Virus record (IMG/VR): IMGVR_UViG_3300025466_000023
Coordinates: 1-64,000 of that record
Source of the DNA: a virus
Length of the DNA stretch: 64,000 nt
Reading direction: 5' to 3' (one strand)
Part shown: positions 10,501 to 19,900 of the stretch, one piece after another
Position numbering within the stretch: the first letter of the stretch is position 1
How the letters are laid out: each line of letters starts with the position of its first letter
Notes under the pieces: generated by a model
What the model was told of the DNA's origin: nothing
The model's database searches: none
What the model saw: only the letters and a program-made list of their open reading frames with translations
Program-made: the position numbers and the translations under genes

Positions 10501-12406
10501 TACCTGATACAAACAAGTTTTGGCTAATTGTTGCTGTGTTGTTTACAAACAACTGACCGTTCACTGTAGCTGTTGTCTGTACTGTAACTTGATTTAATGT
10601 TGTAATATTAGTTACGGTCAAGCCATCTAATGTTGGATCGGCAGTAAACGCGGTAACCTGTATGGTGTTATTTGGGAATATGATACGACCATACTGATCA
10701 AATTTCCATGTGCTAGATCCAGATTTAACATATACGCTATCAGTGATATCTAGTTGACTAGAGTTACTGTTACCAGTCAATTGAATTCCAGAACCAAATA
10801 CTGCACTGGCATTAGAAGCAGTTAATGTAATAGTACCAAATGAATTATTTGTTTGAACAACTATACTATCTGTACTACTTGCACCACTTGTTAGAGTCAA
10901 TGTGTTACCATTACTTGCTGTAATGTTGCTTGACTGAATTGTTAATGCGCTATCAAATGTTGCACCATTATTAATAGTAGCACCGAGAGGCATTGATACC
11001 GGAGTATCAGCTGGGCCAGTAAATGAAGGTGCAAGGATTCTTGCATTAACTTTAAAGTATGAACCACCAACATTAAAATATGTGTTGCCTACAGATACTA
11101 CTTGTAGATCGTGTGTTCCTGTATTTTGTAATAGGTGGAAGTGATTATCTGTCGTAGGAATCTTGAATACTAATGCCTGGAGATTGTTATCAACAATAAG
11201 GTCTCCGGTTATTAGTCCACTACCTGTAATGTTTGTATTACCGTAGATATTTGTTACAACAGCTTTACCTGAATCACCGATGTTTAAATCACCGTAAGGT
11301 AAGATATACAAGTCTTGTTGATTTACATTTGTAGTAATCAATTCGCCGCTGGCGCCAATCATAGGCCCTAAACTAATACCACCAATTTGATGTGTTAGTG
11401 TAGCAGTGGCAATTAATGTTCCAAGTATAGTTGTAGCACTAGAAGCAATAACTGGACGAGTTAATAGGATATTTCCTATAGGACTTAATGTATAGTCTGC
11501 GGCCGCAGTTGTTGTGCTTACAGTTAATGGGGCACCTAAGTTTAGTGCGCCATTGATGATTAAGTTGCTGTTAACAACAGTATTTGGGCCAGTTGGTTGT
11601 AAAGTTAAATCACCCTGTGTAGTTCCAATAATGGTAACTGCTTGAGTAATTGTTGAGTAACTGTATGTAATATTGCCCACTTGATGAGGAATAACATCAA
11701 CTGGTAGGAATCCAGTGTTATCTAAATAAGGAACTCTGTGCCAAATATCTTGTGTGGCAATATAATAAACACTCGAACTGCTAACTGCTGTAGCTGTGTT
11801 TAATGTCAAAATTGTAACAGGAGTTGTACCTTGTTGGACAACTAGATTTGTTACAGGATAAGCATTGTAGTTTGTATCGTAAACTACCCATGTACCTGAG
11901 ATATAATTTTGAGATGCGCCAAGTGCGGCACCATGCACGTAAGTCGATGATGTAACTAACGATGCAGTAGAAATTGTTGTAACAGTAGCGGTATTGGTAC
12001 CAGTTCCCTGCTGTGTTCCGCCAAATGTAGGATCAAATATAGGATTAAACGCAAAACTAGGACTGAAACTGCCTGTGCTTACATATAGTAAATTGTTGTC
12101 TGTATCTAGTGTGCCAGCAGAATCGCCTATCGAACCTGTTAAATGTCCTGGGGCTCCAACGTGAACTGTTTGTCCTATGCTGATAACACCGTCTGGGGTA
12201 ACGTTTATACCTTGTCCTACTCGTACTGTTCCTGTAGTATATTGATTTGCAATAGGCACTAAAATATTGCTGAGACTATTAGCAATAGCAGTAAAGTTAG
12301 AATTGATTTTATTAAATGCTACGTTAACGGTATCTGCGTTACCTGAATAGGTACTTGTACCTACTTTAACGTATTGAAAACTTATTCTGTTGGTTGCTGT
12401 GGTCAT
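4571..12406 (-). CDS. Very long tail fibre protein (2611 aa)
   Basis: G/T/S/N/V-rich beta-repeats (NKFTVxxxTGNTxIAG, STxTGALxVxGGVGI, AGTGIxVSASTGSVTI); N-terminus VGT...GNADTVNVAFNKINSNF resembles the T4 gp9/gp10-type baseplate attachment motif. Confidence 0.85.
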   Translation of the reverse strand: MTTATNRISFQYVKVGTSTYSGNADTVNVAFNKINSNFTAIANSLSNILVPIANQYTTGTVRVGQGINVTPDGVISIGQTVHVGAPGHLTGSIGDSAGTLDTDNNLLYVSTGSFSPSFAFNPIFDPTFGGTQQGTGTNTATVTTISTASLVTSSTYVHGAALGASQNYISGTWVVYDTNYNAYPVTNLVVQQGTTPVTILTLNTATAVSSSSVYYIATQDIWHRVPYLDNTGFLPVDVIPHQVGNITYSYSTITQAVTIIGTTQGDLTLQPTGPNTVVNSNLIINGALNLGAPLTVSTTTAAADYTLSPIGNILLTRPVIASSATTILGTLIATATLTHQIGGISLGPMIGASGELITTNVNQQDLYILPYGDLNIGDSGKAVVTNIYGNTNITGSGLITGDLIVDNNLQALVFKIPTTDNHFHLLQNTGTHDLQVVSVGNTYFNVGGSYFKVNARILAPSFTGPADTPVSMPLGATINNGATFDSALTIQSSNITASNGNTLTLTSGASSTDSIVVQTNNSFGTITLTASNASAVFGSGIQLTGNSNSSQLDITDSVYVKSGSSTWKFDQYGRIIFPNNTIQVTAFTADPTLDGLTVTNITTLNQVTVQTTATVNGQLFVNNTATISQNLFVSGSATISGNLTVLGASTIVNSTSTAVQDAVIDIGGGPNGTMLTANDGLDKGLVLHYFRTQATRMFLGRDAVSGRLQLRDNIDPGVGPSANSDFTSGGVWGGATFGSLILAGGQNATGYNNGTGDLQIAGGAAISGDLWVGGSLNLQGGDITIGSATFDNGLTVAGSASPNTKFFTVNTGGITPSNTFVVDSATGNTQIFGTLQVNGTGLISGAVNLQNTLSVANDFSVNTNKFTVASATGNALIAGTLGVTGAVNLSNNLNVGGTFDIGNNKFLVVASSGNTSIAGNIVSSGTFALASDFNVNVNKFNVQGSTGNTGVAGTLNVTGATGLLSTLNVTGATQLSSTLNVTGNLDVGANVFTVNSANGNTVVQGTLTVTNSVLFNSGLTVQGAAYLNSLANVAGNFSVNTNQFTVSSVDGSIATNGNANVNGNLILQGTATVYGSLGVSQAVTLNSTLAVASDFNVNSGLFTVTALNGNTGIAGTLSVTGASSLSNSLYVVGAVTLNSGQTVQGQVAFNNPTNSSNTQTGSLVVAGGVGIGQNVNIGGSLYVSNGIIFGAGVQMAGSLQLAGNKFTVSSSTGNTVIAGTLQLGSDFAINTNQFTVQGSTGNTYVGGTLQINNNTTIAGTEIITGPNSVANTLVVKGFTTGDQILIGTNPTAGQGIKLSISNAANSAYAPLNIYSSAVNYNLNGNPQLTISSTGVVNMLSATASTSTNTGALQVTGGVGIGGSANIGGSATVGGSLIVTNNVQAVQGQFSGNVTDNNQRVLVNVVPSGSSGINISNLTKTGSTVTFTINNLGVNTLAGTTNNIVVSQSTGSVTVNLGTTGTAGTYAYASSLTTDQFGRVLSVTANTATGTGPSVLATSPTVNTPTIVGQFTATGYTGYLYGNGSGAVTASTTLPGAVVTGTVPAAYTATVLTATQNFSLSGDVSSPTVGFNGTAGVILNATLATVTQGSGNNFVKIALDTKGRVVGNSAVTALDVVNTIGATSVQNASQLLTSVATSNTNFYSSFVLGNSSYQTNWVYPGHTFNPGTGVLTSPAMAVTATTAASSTSSGALQVAGGVGIGGALWVGGSTYIAGDLIVDGNQTFVNSTNIQTGDVGLYLSTASINAAIAVNSGIYIGPTSQVYASFTFDGNSGSPTPAGWKSSASINPTVNGYFGLGTGALQWANLYATQVYDNNNRVLTNISQGTGTVIVSTGATTKAIYLSPATTSVMGGVKIGTGLSVAVDGTLSTNASAIATATNTSLGVIKVGSYLLASGDGSVYLPQPIYTTATVTFSTATVTNGLTVNNLTANSSISVAGQLTIAGSTLEASNGTNLTLDSGSSAGDGISINLLNATGSLSLLDAVGDGLQISPGEIQLTGGNGSSVLLMGTSNVTLQAQSTQVNPWAFGAKAITFPDLSVQIGAAISATVTATNLALGYVKLGNNVYGAGDGTISVHTATNAAAGAVKIGAGIYVSADGTISIPAGGGGVASISAGTGTHITASTGNVVIYVGQAVETTSAVTFGSVTSTGNVTDNGNRVITSVTPTAGGAINISNLTSSGPSASFTINNLGVTSLTGSTNINVSQSTGSVTVSHNTFSNFVVGNVTSTGTVAAPTINDNGNRVITSVTPTAGTAINISSVTTTGPASSFTINNLGVTALTGAPTIKVSASTGSITITDVGVTAIQPGTGITVNANTGSVTVTNAGVLTFNGSSGNVFGVGSATAGTGISVSASTGSVTITNTGVTAFNGATGSILGVNSVNAGTNVAVSATTGSVTVSVPNIGVTAVNGSTGSVLVVSSVTAGTGINLSASTGSVTITNIGVQTITGTANQVIVNANTGSVTLTTPQNIGTNSSPTFLGLTTTGTVSLTGGQVTIGAGTAGTIDNMVIGATTATTARVTGLTVGYASVTSTPFTATNSTYIIGVNHTGATAITLPTNTAGRSITIKDESGAASTNPITITPPSGTIDGQASLTLAINYGAYSLYCSGSNWFII

Positions 12407-12459
12407 TCTAAAAAGGCTCCTAGGACCCAGTATTTACCGGATTTAAAAGATTTCTTTTC

Positions 12460-14025
12460 TTAGGAGGTCGAGATAGTTGTTGGATTCGGACCATTAAATG
12501 GTTGATATAAAATAGCGTTTGCACCGCCTTGCAAGCTGGCATAGTTAAGATATACTGTGCTAGTGGTGGCGCCATAAAAAGTTTCATTTAAAAGATTTGG
12601 AGTCGAATTCTGTGCTATCCAGTTATTGACCATAGATTGATTGTAAAATGGTCTTGCCTGCATCAAACATGCCACAATACCTGCTACCTGTGGGCATGCT
12701 TGACTCGTTCCTGAGATTTTATTAAGATAAAAATTTGTGTTTGCTGTACTTGTGCTAACTGAACTACGTGTGTCCACTACAGCGTTAAAAATATAGGTAC
12801 TAGAACTATAAGCTCCCATGATGTAATTTCCGGGAGAAAACACGTTTATTCTAGGACCCGTGCTACTAAAAGAAATCTTATGCTCTGGAACGCCTGCTTG
12901 ACTTAGCGCACCTACACATATAACTCCCGTGGCGGCACCAGGAGTAGTTCCTTGATGATAATAGTATTTGTTATTACCAGAATCTATCCAATAGTTATTA
13001 TAATCAGCGCCGCCGGGTACATCTATTTTCATGCTATTGTTACCTGCAGAAGCTGTAAAAATAATACCCGATCTCTGGCATGCTAAGATTTGAGCTTCAA
13101 TCGCAGTAACGCGAATTCCGTGACTTGCTTGGGCTAGTGTTCCTCCGTATGGTGGGATCTGTCCGTATATAGGATTTGGACCAATAGTAGGATGCAAGGT
13201 ACCTTGATAGTTAGTACCAGTCATGTTCGTATATGCTTGATCATATCCCCAACTTTGAGAGCATATAGTAGGAGCCCTCCACCCAAATTTATTTGGAGTC
13301 TTAGCGAGGTGAAATGCTTGTACTGTTTCTAGTGCAGATAAAGGATCAGTATAGGTATTAGAGTTGATAGTCGAATCTATGATATTAATCATGTAGATAT
13401 TGGCCTTTTTAGCCCAACCGTTGGTATTTCCTGCCGCAATACTGGCCACATTAGTACCATGTCCGTCACTATCACCCATCCAACTGGATCCGGGGTTACC
13501 AGTCATAATACCAAACTGTTTCCAATCTATATCAACTACACGACTGCCGCCCGTGCCATCTGGGTTAACAGAAAATTCAGGATGGAACTTTAAAATACCT
13601 GTATCTAGAAATACAATATCAACCCCTGTACCATCTAAGGTATAACTAAAATTTGTTAAAGTAGTTTGGGCTCCAAACGGATCTGCTGTTGCGATACATC
13701 TTGCTAACCCCCAGTTATTTTCTTGCGGAATGATCCCAGTGGTATCTTTGCTGAATGTACCAGTTACAATGTTGTGATGGACAATCTTAGCACCTAATTC
13801 TAAAGGATCTCTATGTGCATCCCATATTCTAGGATCATTTTTTAATGCTTCTGCTTCTTCTGGTGTTAAGATATATTCAGCATTATGATCGCTTTGTGGG
13901 CGAGGATTGACACATTCTACAGGACGATCAGGTATATTAGAGTCACCAGTAGATGGTGATGTTAATTCAATATGAACATCATCCTTATGGTCTGGATCAG
14001 TAACAACAACGTAGTATCTATACAT
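12460..14025 (-). CDS. Subtilisin-like S8 serine protease
   Basis: Catalytic triad motifs VFLDTG, DGHGTNVASIAAG and ISGTSQACPQVAG; oxyanion motif SAGN; N-terminal propeptide-like region. Confidence 0.93.
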   Translation of the reverse strand: MYRYYVVVTDPDHKDDVHIELTSPSTGDSNIPDRPVECVNPRPQSDHNAEYILTPEEAEALKNDPRIWDAHRDPLELGAKIVHHNIVTGTFSKDTTGIIPQENNWGLARCIATADPFGAQTTLTNFSYTLDGTGVDIVFLDTGILKFHPEFSVNPDGTGGSRVVDIDWKQFGIMTGNPGSSWMGDSDGHGTNVASIAAGNTNGWAKKANIYMINIIDSTINSNTYTDPLSALETVQAFHLAKTPNKFGWRAPTICSQSWGYDQAYTNMTGTNYQGTLHPTIGPNPIYGQIPPYGGTLAQASHGIRVTAIEAQILACQRSGIIFTASAGNNSMKIDVPGGADYNNYWIDSGNNKYYYHQGTTPGAATGVICVGALSQAGVPEHKISFSSTGPRINVFSPGNYIMGAYSSSTYIFNAVVDTRSSVSTSTANTNFYLNKISGTSQACPQVAGIVACLMQARPFYNQSMVNNWIAQNSTPNLLNETFYGATTSTVYLNYASLQGGANAILYQPFNGPNPTTISTS

Positions 14026-14026
14026 A

Positions 14027-17000
14027 TTAGAATGTTGAATCTAGTGAGTATGGTCTTAGGTAGCAACCAGTGAAGTAGGTTCCGCCACCTGCACTTTGTG
14101 GTAGTGTATAACTATTACCAGTATTTTGATACAACCATATTTCAATATAGTCTGTACCGGCTGTTAGCATATCAACTACCGCAGATACAACCACTGTACC
14201 GGAGTTAGCCGCAGAGTTTGGAATAACACTTCCCTGTCTATATGGTCCACCATTCTTATAAATCGCCAACTGTGTTACACCTGTTGCGGATGATTTTGGA
14301 ACTGATACACTAGCGGAAATTTGATAGAACCCAGGGACAGTTGGGATCCAGCAGTTACCAGTGCCGCCAGAACCACCGCTAGCTGTTTTCCAAGAGTTGC
14401 TGTTTGTATCCCAGTTGACTGAATTAAATATTACCTTTTGGAAAGATCCACTAGTAATAACTTGGTTAGTAGTAGTTGCTAATACACTAACAGTTGGGCC
14501 CACCCCAATCGGTCTTTGACCTTGGTCAAAGAATCCAGTAGCATAGATAGCACCCTGTACACCAACACCACCAGTGACTTGAAGTGCACCAGTTGTTGTA
14601 TTGATCGCAGTAGTACCATTTGTGATATTAACAGAACCAGATACAGTACCACCAGACCATACTGTACTAGTGCTCAACGGATAACCATTTAAGTAGAAAG
14701 CACCTGCCCATATACCGCCATCAACTGCAAGGGCGTTGTTTGTTTTAACTGTTGTACTTGTGCTGGCATTTTGAATATACATCTTATTAGTAATAGTACC
14801 ACCGTTAAACACAGTTGATGTGCTTAATGGGTAACCGTTTACTAGAATGCTAGTTGGGGTAGCCGCAGAACCAATGTAAACGTTACCGTTAATACCGACA
14901 CCACCATTGACTGTTAAAGCACCAGTAAAGCTACTTGTAGATGTTTGAGTGTTAGTAATAGTTAAGATGTTGGTCATCGTTAACTGTGGAATGTTTTGTA
15001 TACGTGCAAAACCAGCTTGGTTGTACATACGCTGTGTAACAGTATCGATTGTTTCGACGCTAGAAATAGTAATCGATCCAGTATTACCAGTTTGATAGTA
15101 TGCTGTACCTGCACCACTACCCGCACCAGTTGCGTAGAACTGCTGTCCTACGTTATTAGTTGGAGAACCGATAGCAGTAAAGTTTGTATAGTTACCAACA
15201 GTACCTGTTGTTAAAATAGTATACTGCTTACCAATCTTAAAGTTACCAGCAGTATCTGTAAATTGTACAGGTGTTCCACCAGTTATCGCTAGACCTTGTA
15301 CACCGTTTGTTAATGCAGTTTGTATATCTGTAACACCAACGTTTGTTATTGTAGCAACGTATGTACCGTATTGTGTCGATGTTGCAATGCTAATAAAGTT
15401 TCCAGCAAATTGGAATCCGGTATTCAACGGTGAACCATTAACTTGGATGTTAGAAGCGTTAACTGTTCCAGCAACGTTCAAGTTGCCGCCAACACCAACA
15501 CCACCTGTTACAGTTAATGCACCGCTTGTTGAAGCATTAGAAGGCGTAGCATTAGTAATGTTTATTTGATTTGTAGTTGTATAACCTAGGTTTGTTACAA
15601 TCTGTAATGTTGCGCTACTACTGATTAAAACAGCACCTGTTGTTGTGCTGACTCCAATACCAGTTCCGCCTTGGACACTAGTAACACTACTACCCAATGT
15701 AGCAACTGTAACTACAGGACTACCGTTTGAATATATAGATGGTGAACTAATAATATTAGCTGTCAGAGTTCCTTGTACGCCAACACCACCAGCAACAACT
15801 AATGCACCTGTGTAAATGTTAGTCGAACCCAAAGCACTTTGAATATTGATACTACCTACGTTAGTTAAATTGCCACTGCCGTCCCACTGTGCTTTTAGAT
15901 TTCCAACACCATCTGAAAGAGTTACATAGCCATTGTACTGTGCTGACGCTATCGAGCTACCAGCATATCCACCTATAATAACTTGATTAGAAGCTGAGGT
16001 TAATGCACTACCTGCTCCATAACCTAGCATCACTAGGTTAGTTCCTGTTGCGCTACCCAACGAGCCTGCACCAATGGAAATAGTATTTGCACCAGCTCGA
16101 CTTACTGTATTTTGTATGCTAGAACCAATTAATATATTATTGTTAACTGCTGAGCCTGCATTGTTTAATATGTTAGCACCGATAACAACGTTGTTTGAAC
16201 CGTTGCCTGTACCTACTTGTGCTTGGAAACCCACAGCAATATTGTTCTGTCCTGTTTGTAGTTGAGAACCTGCGTAGTTACCTAATAAGGTATTTTGAGT
16301 ACCGTTAGTTAATCCAATACCTGCAGAGTATCCAACACCAACGTTGTCATTGGTTTGTACAAACTGCAATGCGCTAGCACCTATAGCAGTAATGTATCGA
16401 CCACTTGAGTTTCTTGCAAGAGCGTTAGTACCTACTGCTACGTTATTAGCCTGACTACCTCCACCAGCACCTACTGTAACTCCGTTAAAGTTAGAATCCG
16501 CACCTGTATAGATCGAACCTGCAACTCCAACGCCTGCAGAGTTAGTTCCGTATAAACCAACTATCAATGCACCTGTTATTGGACTTGTACTTGCTGTAGC
16601 TGTAGTAATTTGTATAGGAGCAGTTGATGTTACCTGTCCTGTTGCTTGTAATTGTAAATCGTTGGCACTACCTATGATAGTTAAGCCAGTTCCTGTTGTT
16701 GTAATGCTAGTAGCTGTAATACTTCCGTTAACTATTAAGCTACCTGTAACAGTAAAGTTACCGTTAGCACCTAGATTCAATGTACCATCTGATGTGGCAC
16801 TTAGTCCATAACCAACTTTAATAACACCAGCGGTTGCTGTAGTAGCAACAGGCAAACCATTTGCTGACACGCTAATGGTTCCATCTACTGCGGCTGAGAT
16901 GCCAGAACCAATTTTAACACCACCCAATAAGAATGATGTTGCTGTCAATAAGTTCTGTTGTGGTACTTCAATAGTTCCGTCTGATGTGATTATCACACCA

Positions 17001-18148
17001 GCACCAATCTTAACACCACCTAATGTATTTGCTGTTGCAGTTGTTAATACCTGTGCCAAAGCAGTTAAAGTACCAGCAGAGCTAATTGATAATCCACTGC
17101 CCACAATAACTGTACCAGCTGTGGTTGTTGTAGCTGTGCTTATGCTTACAACGGCTGTGTTGCTTAACACACCGCTTGGATCAATGCTTAACCCGCTACC
17201 TACAATGATACCACCGATCGTTGTTGTACTCGCCGGTAACAATGCAAACGATAATGTATTATTAACTGCAATGGTCACTGAACGATTGGTTGGATTGGTA
17301 AACAATTGAACGTTGTTTCCTCCAACGAAAGTAATCGAATCTGTGTTACTGCTAGCTGTTACTAAACTTTGTCCTGCTACTACAATCTTTCCAAATGCTT
17401 TTTGTCCGTCAACATAAGATTTATTAGCGGCATCACCTGCACTCTGAGGACTAGCTAAGTTTAGAATTCGCTTGTTAGTTAGATCTAAGTTGCCTCCCGG
17501 TGCAATAGCCAAGTCGCCTGAACTTGTAATCGTAGTTGCTGTTAATTTTGTTGTAATAATATCAGGTGCAGTTAAAATTCCTTGAACACCTAAATTGGTT
17601 CCATCAAATGTAATGTTTGTACCAGTTACCGTAGTTGTGTTGTAATATACAGCAAGAGTTCCTTTGGTTCCATTGCCTACGTTACCAGATCCACCGCCAC
17701 CTGATCCTCCACCGCCGCCTGCACCACTACCATTAAAGGTAATAGTGTTAGCAACAGGATCAGCTGTAATAGTTAAACCGCCTTGTCCAATAAAAGATAA
17801 TGCACTAGTTGTTTGAGTCAACGCAACTGATCCAACGTTAATCTGTTGGAATCCGGGAACAGCACTTAAAGTTCCATCAATCGCAATAGATAGGTTAGCA
17901 CCAACTTTGATACCGCCAAGTAGGTTAGATTGAGCCGGTTGTAGAACAAACATTTCCGGAATGTTTAATAGATCGCTGTATTGTCCACTGACTGCAACTG
18001 CTGATAAATTATTTTCGATTACAGTACGTAACGAACCTACAGTTATGTTGTGTGTTCCCTGGTCCGTTTGGTTAACAATCGGCAATAGGTCATTTGATGT
18101 GACTTTTGCACTCGCTAACGACGGTAATTGTGAAATCTTTACGCCCAT
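14027..18148 (-). CDS. Tail fibre protein with C-terminal C1q/TNF-like head domain
   Basis: 1373 aa; N-terminus KISQLP...DLLPIV; ATTxxLGGxKxG repeats; NxAxGxxAL repeats; C-terminus KVIFN...PTVPGFYQISASV...LAIYKNG...DYIEIW...YFTG. Confidence 0.8.
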   Translation of the reverse strand: MGVKISQLPSLASAKVTSNDLLPIVNQTDQGTHNITVGSLRTVIENNLSAVAVSGQYSDLLNIPEMFVLQPAQSNLLGGIKVGANLSIAIDGTLSAVPGFQQINVGSVALTQTTSALSFIGQGGLTITADPVANTITFNGSGAGGGGGSGGGGSGNVGNGTKGTLAVYYNTTTVTGTNITFDGTNLGVQGILTAPDIITTKLTATTITSSGDLAIAPGGNLDLTNKRILNLASPQSAGDAANKSYVDGQKAFGKIVVAGQSLVTASSNTDSITFVGGNNVQLFTNPTNRSVTIAVNNTLSFALLPASTTTIGGIIVGSGLSIDPSGVLSNTAVVSISTATTTTAGTVIVGSGLSISSAGTLTALAQVLTTATANTLGGVKIGAGVIITSDGTIEVPQQNLLTATSFLLGGVKIGSGISAAVDGTISVSANGLPVATTATAGVIKVGYGLSATSDGTLNLGANGNFTVTGSLIVNGSITATSITTTGTGLTIIGSANDLQLQATGQVTSTAPIQITTATASTSPITGALIVGLYGTNSAGVGVAGSIYTGADSNFNGVTVGAGGGSQANNVAVGTNALARNSSGRYITAIGASALQFVQTNDNVGVGYSAGIGLTNGTQNTLLGNYAGSQLQTGQNNIAVGFQAQVGTGNGSNNVVIGANILNNAGSAVNNNILIGSSIQNTVSRAGANTISIGAGSLGSATGTNLVMLGYGAGSALTSASNQVIIGGYAGSSIASAQYNGYVTLSDGVGNLKAQWDGSGNLTNVGSINIQSALGSTNIYTGALVVAGGVGVQGTLTANIISSPSIYSNGSPVVTVATLGSSVTSVQGGTGIGVSTTTGAVLISSSATLQIVTNLGYTTTNQINITNATPSNASTSGALTVTGGVGVGGNLNVAGTVNASNIQVNGSPLNTGFQFAGNFISIATSTQYGTYVATITNVGVTDIQTALTNGVQGLAITGGTPVQFTDTAGNFKIGKQYTILTTGTVGNYTNFTAIGSPTNNVGQQFYATGAGSGAGTAYYQTGNTGSITISSVETIDTVTQRMYNQAGFARIQNIPQLTMTNILTITNTQTSTSSFTGALTVNGGVGINGNVYIGSAATPTSILVNGYPLSTSTVFNGGTITNKMYIQNASTSTTVKTNNALAVDGGIWAGAFYLNGYPLSTSTVWSGGTVSGSVNITNGTTAINTTTGALQVTGGVGVQGAIYATGFFDQGQRPIGVGPTVSVLATTTNQVITSGSFQKVIFNSVNWDTNSNSWKTASGGSGGTGNCWIPTVPGFYQISASVSVPKSSATGVTQLAIYKNGGPYRQGSVIPNSAANSGTVVVSAVVDMLTAGTDYIEIWLYQNTGNSYTLPQSAGGGTYFTGCYLRPYSLDSTF

Positions 18149-18174
18149 CTTATTTTCCTAATAATTTAATTTTT

Positions 18175-19899
18175 TTACCAAGCACCAGGTACATCGGCTG
18201 GAGTGATTGGTATTCTAATCCATGTATTAATGTCAACGCACATATAGAAGTAACTGCCGTCCCATGTTACTTGTCCAGGTTGTCCAGGATTAGTACTAGA
18301 CGAAACTGTTGAAGGTCCTAAATTGCTAATAGTACCTCCTGTTGTTCCTTGTGCTAGGCTTAATATGCCGCCTGCTGTTATTGCCAATCCATTACCAACA
18401 ATAACGGATCCTAATTTTGTAGTTGTGGCTGTTGTTTGTGCAACTGCTGTAGATTGAACAGATCCGTCTGGGAACGTAATACTAGTACCTGCACCTGCAA
18501 GACGTAAATTGCCCTGCATGGTCAATGCGCCAGTTTTGTTAACTAAGAACTTACTAGACCATCCTGTTAATGCTGTAGGACTATTATAAACACCTGCATC
18601 AAATAATGTAGTACCGTTGTTGCTGTCGCCTACGATACGTAAACTGAAGTTAATGGAGTCTGTGGCTAGGCCTGCATTCAAGAATTGATTAGTGCGTAGC
18701 ACACTTGAATTATTACCGCCTTCAGTTACTATGGTATAAAGAACTTTGACTAGTCCGCTTCCTGGTGCAAGGACTAAATCATTTGTTCCTGTTGTTGAAA
18801 TTTCATTTGCTGTGAATACGGCGTTACCTGTTCCGCTTACATTGGCAGTCAGTAAGCCATCTGAAGTAACACTTAATCCAGAACCAACTTTAATAACGCC
18901 CAGGGTTGATGTTGTTGCTGGAGTTACCGCTGTTGTATTAACGCTAATCGTTCCATCTGCCGCGGCAAATATACCGTTGCCTAATTTTATTGTACCTAAT
19001 GCTAGGTTAGTTGCTGTTGATGTTAGGCTAAATGCTGTACGTGGAATGTTTCCACCGATATCACTGTAGCTCAATACCACATCGCCAGTTCGTCCTGCAA
19101 CACTTGTAACTTCCGCTGTAATACCATCAAACTTGTCCCAACTAGCTCCGTTGAATACAATTAAATCACCCACGTTCCAAATTGCAATGCCATCTATGTT
19201 TGTAGTTCCTGCTACAGATACTTTATAGTATGTACCTTTTGTACCAACACCGCTGGCCAGTGCAGGAATATTTGAATTTGCGTTCCATGTACCGGAATAA
19301 TTTAAACTACCTACTATGTTTGCACCTATTAAGCTAGCAGGAATATGTCCTGAACTATCTAAAGTTGCCACACCGTTTGGTTGTCCTAACAATGAACTAT
19401 CTATAGGAGTATATGATAATGCTCCGGTAACATCATTGCTGGTCAACGTAATGTTGCCTGTACGGCCATCGAAGCTTAATACACCCGAGTTACTTAATTT
19501 GTAGCTGATTGGATCAATTGCCAATCCTGTTCCAACTTTAATACCGCCTAGAGTAGATGTAGTTGCAACAGGTAATGTATATGTTGGTGGAACGCTGATA
19601 ACACCATTGCCATCTACTAAGATACCAGCACCAATCTTAACACCGCCTAATGTAACATTAGTTGCACTCAACAATGACGAATGCATTTCGTGTGTTGATG
19701 AATTATAATAGTAGGTAACTCCGTAATGATCAGATGGGTTTAACCAAGCCGCGGCGGCTTGATCTGTAACAGTTTCGTTACCTAATTTTAATGCGGTATA
19801 AACTTCGGAGAACATAGAGTTTACTTTTGTAAACGCTGTTCTTAAGTTATCGCCGTTGCCTTGATTAGCAGAAGTTCCTGTGTTAATGTAAAGTAGCAT
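18175..19899 (-). CDS. Tail fibre/baseplate connector protein (gp9/gp10-like N-terminus)
   Basis: INTGTSANQGNGDNLRTAFTKVNSMFSEVY N-terminus; LPVATTSTLGGIKVG and VTSVAGRTGDVVL repeats; C-terminal PGQVTWDGSYFYMCV. Confidence 0.8.
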   Translation of the reverse strand: MLLYINTGTSANQGNGDNLRTAFTKVNSMFSEVYTALKLGNETVTDQAAAAWLNPSDHYGVTYYYNSSTHEMHSSLLSATNVTLGGVKIGAGILVDGNGVISVPPTYTLPVATTSTLGGIKVGTGLAIDPISYKLSNSGVLSFDGRTGNITLTSNDVTGALSYTPIDSSLLGQPNGVATLDSSGHIPASLIGANIVGSLNYSGTWNANSNIPALASGVGTKGTYYKVSVAGTTNIDGIAIWNVGDLIVFNGASWDKFDGITAEVTSVAGRTGDVVLSYSDIGGNIPRTAFSLTSTATNLALGTIKLGNGIFAAADGTISVNTTAVTPATTSTLGVIKVGSGLSVTSDGLLTANVSGTGNAVFTANEISTTGTNDLVLAPGSGLVKVLYTIVTEGGNNSSVLRTNQFLNAGLATDSINFSLRIVGDSNNGTTLFDAGVYNSPTALTGWSSKFLVNKTGALTMQGNLRLAGAGTSITFPDGSVQSTAVAQTTATTTKLGSVIVGNGLAITAGGILSLAQGTTGGTISNLGPSTVSSSTNPGQPGQVTWDGSYFYMCVDINTWIRIPITPADVPGAW

Positions 19900-19900
19900 A

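Noticed and set aside
290-19504. Many + strand ORFs (up to 352 aa) rich in V/P/L/T opposite the tail genes
   Set aside because: Antisense shadows of G/T/N/S-rich repetitive fibre codons; no SD, no motifs, fully nested in longer minus-strand genes.
1-19899. Diversity-generating retroelement acting on fibre tips
   Set aside because: No reverse transcriptase or adenine-variant template/variable repeat pair was seen in the window.
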